This document shows, one piece after another, positions 22,801 through 29,206 of a stretch of DNA of 32,000 nt. Numbering within the stretch: the first letter of the stretch is position 1; every line of letters begins with the position of its first letter. Both the position numbers and the translations under genes were made by a program. This DNA is from Nanobdellota archaeon (GTDB lineage: Archaea > Nanobdellota > Nanobdellia > Nanobdellales > Nanobdellaceae): the NCBI GenBank assembly GCA_042850255.1, contig AP031373.1:180001-212000 (forward strand), read 5' to 3'. The notes under the pieces were generated by a model, which was not told the DNA's origin, ran no database searches, and saw nothing but the letters and a program-made list of their open reading frames with translations.

Positions 22801-23821
22801 GAGAAGCTTGTTGAGCAATTGTTATTGGTAATGTAGTATTAGAAGGTAATATTGTGGAAGATCCTACAGTAGTATAATTAATATAAAAATCAATAGTAGT
22901 AGAATTCAATCCTATTCCATATATTGTTGTAATATTATTATAATAAGTACTTCCTATAGTAGTATTTCCAGAATATAATTCAAATAATCCCGCATTACCA
23001 TTATTATTATAAGAAAATGCTGCTCCATCATTATTTCCTCCGACAGTTAATCCTCCTCCACCTCCAATGAAATATGTATATGTTGTACTTGCATTTCCTA
23101 TTCCAAATACTATTACATCAAAGGTAGTTCCTGAAGTTACTGGAATACTTAATTCTGCTTCAATAATATTATTTTGAATACTATAATTATTTGTTGTAGT
23201 TATTCCTGAATTACAACCATTTGAAGGTAATATTGTATAATCTGTACCAAAATTTGGAGAAACACTACAATATATTATGCTCCATCCCGAAGGCAAAGAA
23301 CTTAATCCTCCAAAGTTTTGGTAATAATTAAATACATAATTTCCATTATCATATTGAGAAGTACTTAATACTTGTATTGGGGCACCTACATATGGATAAT
23401 ATTGTGAATAATAATTGTTACTACTATTTCCTATATGCATATATATCGTATAATTACTATTTGCAGGAATTCCATTAGGTAATTTTACCCACCATACATC
23501 ACAATATGTTCTATTAAAGTTTTCCTGACCTTCATACCACGAATATAATAAAGAACCTGTAGGGTCATTTATATTAGTAAAGAAATATACATTCTGTCCA
23601 TTGGAATCTATTTCATTAAATAATGTAGAATTGTCTACATATGCAAAATTATTACCTAAATTTACATTTCCGTTACATATTGCAATATCTTGTTGAAATG
23701 GTGCTGGAGTAGGAATTGGTTGAGAATTTGTTATAGTTATTTGATAAATACTTTGAGAAAATATTTTGTAAGATAAAAATATAGATACTAACACTAATAA
23801 AAATATAGATATCCTTCTCAT
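19868..23821 (-). CDS. giant secreted modular surface protein (P2), 1317 aa: 2x DUF2341 + ConA/LamG-like lectin blocks, Ig/CARDB-like modules, C-terminal TM anchor
   Basis: Signal peptide MRRISIFLLVLVSIFLSYKIFSQ. DUF2341-like signatures appear twice (IYQITITNSQPIPTPAPFQQDIAI...NVYF...LLYSW.EGQEN...CDVWWVKLPNGIPAN...TIYM..G), each followed by a LamG-like YDNG.YVF..Y.NF.G region. Two tandem 100-aa modules span aa 473-672. The Cys-knot modules are shared with P1. The C-terminus is ILYPLLVGIIAIALILI. Confidence 0.9.
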   Translation of the reverse strand: MRRISIFLLVLVSIFLSYKIFSQSIYQITITNSQPIPTPAPFQQDIAICNGNVNLGNNFAYVDNSTLFNEIDSNGQNVYFFTNINDPTGSLLYSWYEGQENFNRTYCDVWWVKLPNGIPANSNYTIYMHIGNSSNNYYSQYYPYVGAPIQVLSTSQYDNGNYVFNYYQNFGGLSSLPSGWSIIYCSVSPNFGTDYTILPSNGCNSGITTTNNYSIQNNIIEAELSIPVTSGTTFDVIVFGIGNASTTYTYFIGGGGGLTVGGNNDGAAFSYNNNGNAGLFELYSGNTTIGSTYYNNITTIYGIGLNSTTIDFYINYTTVGSSTILPSNTTLPITIAQQASLQNYLVYWVRIRSYPPNGVMPSFSIQPAVLITSITLNPSSGSSAPGGSLSTTATANLYNPGGASTTVTFSCNTPSGFTCSFPQGNSCTTTSTSCSIPINITSSTSVSPGSYNIQIVGSTSASSASATFTYNIPSETISVSASPSTLNIYPGSSNTSTITASDNYGYSLSLSCSNLPSGWSCSFNPSTISSGSSSTLTISVPSSTSPGTYNINIVATDTVTGNSNSTTITVTVPSESISVSASPSSLTIYQGSYNISTITASDNYGYSLSLSCNAPSGLSCSISPNTTSSGGSAVLNISVSPTTNVGTYTVTITATDTVTGNSGSINITVNVIPPTITSLILNPSSGYTYPGGSLSTTATANLYNPGGASTTITLSCNLNNIYQITITNSQPIPTPAPFQQDIAICNGNVNLGNNFAYVDNPTLFNEIDSNGQNVYFSNSTTLLYSWFEGQENINGVYCDVWWVKLPNGIPANGQVTIYMNVGPSSTNYYQQYYPFVGVSAYWYCYEEGYTNMSQCLNYGIYDNGQYVFEFYDNFAGTSLNTDLWVAGEYIPSGSTGYMNVDNGVQLYYLGNGSYGGVWIYSKQTFTQSQPFIWETLENLYGSSGDDIRAREYIWLSSATSVSDIADQNYYSWMVQTGHGDYGLFSSTNYYNQAEVFFNGAYNGYVVPASSSVYDYTFIVQEILNSTGFAFNILWPDGVVQNSNYVTGSSSDTFVLLFQASTDGVSGVSTEINIGWTLVRAYPPNGVMPSISIQQISSPPSGVYCSLPQGNSCTTTSTSCSIPIDITSSTYTPSGTYSIQVIAFNNYSSYIATYTLNILLLSEILKLQIYAIPENNNQRIYPVGNTLNFYLNIPYYYLILNLTDTSNNITINNLSISLQQLGNIPEILYNNMPLYKVENINIPTLQPGQSYIVQLATFPFYVGSSILYLGFDLDNDNVLNYQYNLVVNYFSSPTSLVASENILYPLLVGIIAIALILI
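21546..21655 (-). repeat. 110-nt perfect direct repeat, copy 2 (start of second DUF2341 block)
   Basis: Base-for-base identical to 23634-23743 (checked by hand). Similarity above ~90% continues for about 60 nt further towards lower coordinates. Confidence 0.95.
21806..22405 (-). repeat. tandem duplication, 2 x 300 nt (two 100-aa Ig/CARDB-like modules of P2)
   Basis: PSETISVSASPSTLNIYPGSSNTSTITASDNYGYSLSLSCSNLPSGWSCSF... compared with PSESISVSASPSSLTIYQGSYNISTITASDNYGYSLSLSCNAPSGLSCSI...; the period is exactly 100 codons. Confidence 0.95.
23634..23743 (-). repeat. 110-nt perfect direct repeat, copy 1 (start of first DUF2341 block)
   Basis: Identical to 21546-21655. Confidence 0.95.
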
Positions 23822-23831
23822 AATACACCTA

Positions 23832-23852
23832 AGATATCTTCAAATTTATAAA
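23832..23852 (-). promoter_or_regulatory. putative promoter of P2: TTTATAA-N8-ATATCT, 10 nt before the ATG
   Basis: The coding strand reads TTTATAAATTTGAAGATATCT-N10-ATG. The 11-mer TTTATAAATTT and the ATATCT box are identical to those upstream of P1. Confidence 0.5.
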
Positions 23853-23897
23853 TACTATTAATAACTTAAGTAATTTTTACTTATTTTTATATATAAA

Positions 23898-26219
23898 CTA
23901 TGCAAATATTAAAAATGCTAAAATAGAAACAATTGCTATTAATGGTGATAATATACCTTCTGATACTTTAAGATATTGATTATTTGGAGCTGGTGGAAAT
24001 ATACCATATTCCAATAATTCATTGCCAATATAACTTCCATTAATTAAAAATTTAAATAAAAGATTACCGTTTCCAGTATTTATAGGTAAAATAAAAAATT
24101 TTATACTAACTGTTTGATTTGGATATAAATTACCAATATATATAGAATTGCTTTCATTAAATCTTGTATTATTATATACTAAAACCATAGGAGATAAACC
24201 ATATCCTTCTAAATTGTTTAATATATTAAATGTAAAATTACTTATAGGGTAATTACCTACATTAGTTAAATTTACTATTAATTCGTAAAATGGAATTCCA
24301 AGTAATAAACTTATATAATTTTGTACTTGGATTAATGTACCAGATTGGTTTAAAAATATTTTTGGATCTATTAAACCATAATATACAGGAACATATACTA
24401 ATATATCCTTATTAGAACATAATCCTACATTACTACATGATATAACATTTATAGATATTGTTTGTCCTGCATTATATGGTATATAAACACTGAAAGTATT
24501 TTCATTATATGTTATATTTGAATATCCATTGCTTGTTGTTATTGTAATATTATTTATTCCTGATAAAGCATATGAGGATACATTAAAAATTAGATAAGAT
24601 TGATTGTTAATTAAAGATGATCCTAAATATGTTATATTTATTGTTGGTGGATTACTATCTATTAATATATTATTTATACTTTGACTATTACATGTAGTTT
24701 TATTACAATATACTATTGTTAGATTATAAATTCCAGATGTTTTTAATAATTGTGTAAAATTATAGGAACTCAATGTAGTTGAGAAACTACTTTGATATAT
24801 TGGATTATTATTTGCATAAATAGTAAAGTTATTTATATTACTAAATGATGTATTAATTATTAAACCTGTAGTCCATGTTCCAGGAGTATATGTTTGTCCA
24901 TTTGTAGCTAATAAATCTATCGAAACTCCTGCTGGGGCAGAAGTAGGAGTTGTAGAAAATTGTATATTCGAACAGGAAAGAGTTGGGAAAATTATAGGAA
25001 GCATGTTTGTATTTTGGAAAATAAAAGCATTGGTATCAGTATATAGGAAATAATTTAATGTTCTGTGTATAACTATATTATTACTTTCATTAACGGCTAT
25101 AAAAACGGGAGAAAAAACGTCATAAATACAATTAATTGTTAGATTATCAATAATGTCATTAGAAATGCCTGAGAGACTTGTAGGTAGTCCAAATACATAT
25201 TCTGTTAAAGAAGCTAATATATCGGAGAACAAATTATTATTTATAGGAGATGAACGGAAGTAAATACCATAAGTGGAATTATAAATATAGATATTAGAAA
25301 ATGAATTGCTATTTACAGGAGATGAATAGAAGTAAATACCATAAGGCGAATTATATATATTTATATTAGAAAATGAATTATTAGATATGTCATAAAAAGG
25401 AGGAGAAGAAGAAGAATAAAGATATGAATAAATACCATAAGTGGAATTATAAATATAGATATTAGAAAATGAATTATTAGATACATCGGAATAAGCAGCT
25501 TCTGAACTAGAATAAGGATACAAATAAATACCATAAGTGGAATTATAAATATAGATATTAGAAAATGAATTATTAGATACATAGGCATTGGAATAATCAA
25601 AGCCATAAGAAGTAGGGTATAGATAAATACCATAAAGGGAGTTATATATATTTATATTAGAAAATGAATTATTAGATACATAGGCATAAGAAGTATAAAT
25701 ATTACTAGGAAAAGGAAGAGAAGAAGGAGGAGGCTCTGAATTAGAATAAAGATACAAATAAATACCATAAAGGGAGTTATATATATTTATATTAGAAAAT
25801 GAATTATTAGATACATAGGCATAAACATTATAAGAATTACTATAAATAGAAGGAGATAGATAAATACTAATATTTACATTAGATATACTTAAATTATTTA
25901 TAAATATATTTTCTAAAATTATATTACTAGAACCAGAAGAAATACTATAGTATATTCCATAAGTATCTGTATTTTCACCAGGACCGATTATCCAATATCC
26001 ATTTCCATCAATTATTACATTATTTGTAGCTATTTGTATACAATAATATATACCCAAAGTAGAATTATAAACAAAATTTGTTAAATTATTTGTTAAATAA
26101 TAAACACCTGGAGAACTTATTGTAATACCACAGGAAGATATAGGAGTTTGGGAATAAATATTATGATTAAATAAAAATCCAAATATTAATAATAACAATC
26201 CATATATAAACTTTTTCAT
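23898..26219 (-). CDS. secreted right-handed parallel beta-helix (PbH1/NosD-like) surface protein (P3), 773 aa, C-terminal TM anchor
   Basis: Signal peptide MKKFIYGLLLLIFGFLFNHNIYSQ. The N-terminal cap CGITISSPGVYYLTNNL...CIQIATNNVIIDGNGYWIIG is typical of archaeal beta-helix proteins. There are at least 6 coils of VSNNSFSNI(N/Y)IYNS.YGIY.Y, Ig-like middle domains and many N-x-S/T sequons. The C-terminal domain and the anchor (ILSPLIAIVSILAFLIFA) are homologous to those of P2. Confidence 0.88.
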   Translation of the reverse strand: MKKFIYGLLLLIFGFLFNHNIYSQTPISSCGITISSPGVYYLTNNLTNFVYNSTLGIYYCIQIATNNVIIDGNGYWIIGPGENTDTYGIYYSISSGSSNIILENIFINNLSISNVNISIYLSPSIYSNSYNVYAYVSNNSFSNINIYNSLYGIYLYLYSNSEPPPSSLPFPSNIYTSYAYVSNNSFSNINIYNSLYGIYLYPTSYGFDYSNAYVSNNSFSNIYIYNSTYGIYLYPYSSSEAAYSDVSNNSFSNIYIYNSTYGIYSYLYSSSSPPFYDISNNSFSNINIYNSPYGIYFYSSPVNSNSFSNIYIYNSTYGIYFRSSPINNNLFSDILASLTEYVFGLPTSLSGISNDIIDNLTINCIYDVFSPVFIAVNESNNIVIHRTLNYFLYTDTNAFIFQNTNMLPIIFPTLSCSNIQFSTTPTSAPAGVSIDLLATNGQTYTPGTWTTGLIINTSFSNINNFTIYANNNPIYQSSFSTTLSSYNFTQLLKTSGIYNLTIVYCNKTTCNSQSINNILIDSNPPTINITYLGSSLINNQSYLIFNVSSYALSGINNITITTSNGYSNITYNENTFSVYIPYNAGQTISINVISCSNVGLCSNKDILVYVPVYYGLIDPKIFLNQSGTLIQVQNYISLLLGIPFYELIVNLTNVGNYPISNFTFNILNNLEGYGLSPMVLVYNNTRFNESNSIYIGNLYPNQTVSIKFFILPINTGNGNLLFKFLINGSYIGNELLEYGIFPPAPNNQYLKVSEGILSPLIAIVSILAFLIFA
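25230..25829 (-). repeat. degenerate tandem nucleotide repeats encoding beta-helix coils of P3
   Basis: Recurrent units ATAAATACCATAAGTGGAATTATAAATATAGATATTAGAAAATGAATT and ATAAATACCATAAAGGGAGTTATATATATTTATATTAGAAAATGAATTATTAGATACATAGGCATAA. A 67-nt perfect repeat occurs at 25623-25689 and 25758-25824. Confidence 0.9.
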
Positions 26220-26277
26220 AATAATTTTTTAAATATAAAATTTAAAAGTATTTATAATTCTATTGTTAATCCAAAAA

Positions 26278-26445
26278 TTAAAAATTTATAAATCCTTCCT
26301 TCATCAAATTCTTTGCTTCCTTTCTAACTTTTCTAAAACATTGTATATGAAAAATCATTTTTTCTCCATTTACATTTATAGTTCTATATTTATCATTTTC
26401 ATATACTGGTTTATTACAATAGTTACATTTTCCAATTTCTTTCAT
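26278..26445 (-). CDS. small Cys/His zinc-finger-like protein (55 aa); below the ORF-track size cutoff
   Basis: My translation: MKEIGKCNYCNKPVYENDKYRTINVNGEKMIFHIQCFRKVRKEAKNLMKEGFINF, with a CxxC...HxxC arrangement. It lies divergent from fen across a 40-nt AT-rich spacer. The listed plus-strand ORF 26263-26463 is low-complexity and looks like its shadow. Confidence 0.5.
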   Translation of the reverse strand: MKEIGKCNYCNKPVYENDKYRTINVNGEKMIFHIQCFRKVRKEAKNLMKEGFINF

Positions 26446-26485
26446 AATAAAATAATGTTTTAAATATTTAAATAAATAATTATTA

Positions 26486-27535
26486 ATGGGTTTAGCAGAA
26501 ATTAGAGAATTAATTAAACCAGTAATAAAGGAAGTTGATTTATCATATTTGTCAGGAAAAATTGTTGCTCTAGATGGATTTAATGCTTTATATCAATTTC
26601 TAGCAGCGATTAGACAACCTGATGGTACTCCTTTAAAAGATTCAAAAGGGAGGATTACTTCTCATTTATCAGGATTATTTTATAGAACAAAAAATTTAAT
26701 AGAAGCTGGAATAAAGGTTATATATGTATTTGATGGTAAACATCCTGAATTTAAGAAAAAAGAACAGGAAATAAGAGAAGAACAAAGGAAAAAGATGGAA
26801 GAAAAATATAAGAAAGCAATTGAAATGGGAATAAAGGGAGATTTAAAAAAATATGCAGAATTTACTTCAAAACTAGAACCTGGAATGGTTGATGAATCAA
26901 AAGAATTACTAGAAGCAATGGGGGTTCCATATGTACAAGCTCCATCTGAAGGAGAAGCGCAGGCTGCATATTTAGTTAAGAAAGGAATTGCAGACTATGT
27001 TGGATCACAAGATTATGATTCATTATTATTTGGAGGACTAAGGGTTGCAAGAAATTTAACTATTACTGGAAAAAGAAAAGTAAGAGGTGTAGAAGTTGAA
27101 ATATCTCCAGAAATTATTGAATTAAATGAACTATTAAATTATTTAAAATTTAATCAAGAAAAATTAATATGGTTTGCATTAATTGTTGGAACTGATTATA
27201 ATCCAGATGGGATCCCTGGTATAGGAGTAAAGACTGCATATGATTTAGTAAAAAATAATGATGATCCAGAAAAATTATTTAAATATGTAGGATGGGAAAA
27301 ATATTATAAAGATATTTCATGGAAAGAATTAGAAGAATTTTTCTTGGATCCTCCTGTAATTGATATAAATAAGGATGATATTAAATTTGGAGAAGTTGAT
27401 GAAGAAAAAATAAGAAAAATATTGATAGATAATCATGATTTTTCTGAAGAAAGGGTTAATAAAGCAATAGATGAATTAAAAAAAGCATATAAACAAGGAA
27501 CTCAAAAAAATATATTATCTTTCTTTGGAAAATAA
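26486..27535 (+). CDS. fen: flap endonuclease 1 (FEN1)
   Basis: MGLAEIRELI...VALDGFNALYQFL...ITSHLSGLFYRT..L.EAGIKVIYVFDG.....K, QAPSEGEAQAAYL, GSQDYDSLLFG and TDYNPDGIPGIGVKTA are canonical FEN1 N, I and H3TH motifs. Confidence 0.95.
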   Translation: MGLAEIRELIKPVIKEVDLSYLSGKIVALDGFNALYQFLAAIRQPDGTPLKDSKGRITSHLSGLFYRTKNLIEAGIKVIYVFDGKHPEFKKKEQEIREEQRKKMEEKYKKAIEMGIKGDLKKYAEFTSKLEPGMVDESKELLEAMGVPYVQAPSEGEAQAAYLVKKGIADYVGSQDYDSLLFGGLRVARNLTITGKRKVRGVEVEISPEIIELNELLNYLKFNQEKLIWFALIVGTDYNPDGIPGIGVKTAYDLVKNNDDPEKLFKYVGWEKYYKDISWKELEEFFLDPPVIDINKDDIKFGEVDEEKIRKILIDNHDFSEERVNKAIDELKKAYKQGTQKNILSFFGK

Positions 27536-27536
27536 A

Positions 27537-27585
27537 TCAGAATGGGTAAAATTCATCATTTTTCAGTACTCGGCAAATTCATCAC
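27537..27585 (-). ncRNA. C/D-box sRNA (2'-O-methylation guide), sRNA-2
   Basis: On the minus strand: C box GTGATGA (27585-27579); 12-nt guide ATTTGCCGAGTA (27578-27567); D' box CTGA (27566-27563); 3-4 nt linker; C' box (A)TGATGA (27559-27553); 12-nt guide ATTTTACCCATT (27552-27541); D box CTGA (27540-27537). This is the canonical archaeal 12-nt spacing. Confidence 0.85.
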
Positions 27586-29183
27586 TCATATGCTTTATGT
27601 ATATATTCTTTGAAACATCTATAAGTATTAAATAATGGTCCAATTGTTTTTATTGCATTTAATGCTACATCAATATATTTTTCATAATTATTTCTAAATT
27701 CGTTTAATACAAAATCTAGTTTATTATAAAAGTCTTCTACATCTTTTTCATCAGTATTTACATTTACATCATAATTATTTTCTCCAAAGAACCATCCATT
27801 ATAATCATCTATTATTATTTCTAATGGAGATCCATCTCTAGAGAATAATGTAGGAGTTCCATTAATACCTGCCCTCATCCATGAAGTTCCTGATGCTTCA
27901 AATGGTGGTCTTGGTATATGTAAAAATATATCAGTACCAGATAATACTATTTTTTCTTGTTCATATCCTCTTTTTAATATTAATCCTACTGGTAAATCTA
28001 GCGTTGACATTATATCAACAATCCATTTTATTGTATTTTTTACAAAATCATCTTTAGGATGGAAAGAACCAGATAATAAAAATTGTATCCTATATTTTCT
28101 ATTTAATTCTTCTAATTTTTCTAATCTCCATAATAACATATGAAATCTTTTATATTCTGTTAATCTTCTTTTAACAGTTATTATTACTCTATCTTCTTTA
28201 AATTCTTTATTTAAATATCCTTTTACATTGACATAATCAATTAATTCTTTTCTTAATAAATTTTTTACTTTTATAAACTGTGATCTATTAATTATTTGAG
28301 CATAAGATAATTTTCCAGGTTCTGATCTCCATCCAGGAATATATGTATCATATAAAAATGCAATTTTCCTATCCGCCCATCTTATATGATGAATACCATT
28401 AGTTATATAATCTACCTTTTTTCCAAATACTTTTTCAGTAATTACTTTATGTTTATAAGACACTGCATTAATATATCCTGCTAATTCAAATAAAACTCTA
28501 GTTAATGACAATTTATCTGGAGACAATTTTTTTATTTCTTCAGGTATATCATAATATTTTTCTATAATATTATAATCAAATAAATCATGGCCTGCAATAA
28601 TTGAATGAGTAGTAAATACAACTTTTTCTTTTACTTCTTCAATATTTTTTAATCTTTTATATAACTCTATTGCTAAAAATCCTCCATGTGATTCATTTAA
28701 ATGATATTTATCAATTTCAATTCCCATTTTTTCAAAGAATTCTAATGATCCTAATCCTAATAATAAATCCTTTAGTAATTTTTCTTCTTCACTATCTTCA
28801 TAATATAATCTTCCAGTTAATTTTCTAATATTTTGATCATTTTGTGGTAAATCTGTATCAAATAAAAATAATTTTGAATGAGATAAACTATATTTCCATA
28901 CTTGAAAATATATTCTTTTTCCCTTTAGATCTATATAAAATTTATCTTCTAAATTTAGAAAATATTCTAATGGATCATATTCTTCTTCCTCATATATTAT
29001 TTCCTTATTTTTTATACTATATTGACCATATCCTTTTTTATTTACAAATGTAATCCCATATATTGGATACCTTAAATCATTTGAAGAATACAACAGATCT
29101 CCTGCTAATATTCCCAATCCTCCTGCATATGTTGGTAATTTTTCAATGGAGAATTCTTGTGATATAAATGCTATCTTTTTCAT
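27582..29183 (-). CDS. alpha-glucan phosphorylase family (GT35) protein, short archaeal form; PLP-lysine position is Arg
   Basis: The N-terminal YAGGLGILAGDLL and C-terminal PRPPFEASGTSWMRAGINGTP...DG...NGWFFG follow the GT35 pattern (sGGLGvLaGD...; EASGTsgMKaalNG...DGWW..NGW.fG). Confidence 0.8.
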   Translation of the reverse strand: MKKIAFISQEFSIEKLPTYAGGLGILAGDLLYSSNDLRYPIYGITFVNKKGYGQYSIKNKEIIYEEEEYDPLEYFLNLEDKFYIDLKGKRIYFQVWKYSLSHSKLFLFDTDLPQNDQNIRKLTGRLYYEDSEEEKLLKDLLLGLGSLEFFEKMGIEIDKYHLNESHGGFLAIELYKRLKNIEEVKEKVVFTTHSIIAGHDLFDYNIIEKYYDIPEEIKKLSPDKLSLTRVLFELAGYINAVSYKHKVITEKVFGKKVDYITNGIHHIRWADRKIAFLYDTYIPGWRSEPGKLSYAQIINRSQFIKVKNLLRKELIDYVNVKGYLNKEFKEDRVIITVKRRLTEYKRFHMLLWRLEKLEELNRKYRIQFLLSGSFHPKDDFVKNTIKWIVDIMSTLDLPVGLILKRGYEQEKIVLSGTDIFLHIPRPPFEASGTSWMRAGINGTPTLFSRDGSPLEIIIDDYNGWFFGENNYDVNVNTDEKDVEDFYNKLDFVLNEFRNNYEKYIDVALNAIKTIGPLFNTYRCFKEYIHKAYE

Positions 29184-29206
29184 TAAAAAATATGATGCAT
29201 TGAAAT

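Noticed and set aside
25361-25633. Same-strand alternative-frame ORF (90 aa) within P3
   Set aside because: It is generated by the nucleotide repeats read out of frame (repetitive MVFI.../LIIHFLISIFIIPLMVFI). It is not independent evidence of a gene.
25230-25829. Regularly spaced near-identical repeats that superficially resemble a CRISPR array
   Set aside because: The repeats are in frame within a 773-aa ORF and encode beta-helix coils (VSNNSFSNI.IYNS.YGIY). The so-called spacers are also related to each other and the repeat length is irregular. No cas genes or leader are present.
26263-26463. Plus-strand 66-aa ORF from the track
   Set aside because: The composition is low-complexity (F/I/L/S). 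The opposite strand encodes a more protein-like CxxC...HxxC ORF (26278-26445), which I prefer.
19718-26480. tRNA-Ala followed by 6.4 kb of accessory surface genes, as a possible integrated element or genomic island
   Set aside because: No integrase or transposase is present, and I saw no direct repeat of the tRNA 3' end further along. Composition and promoter architecture match the rest of the window, and a paralogue (P1) lies elsewhere. I treat these as native, fast-evolving genes.
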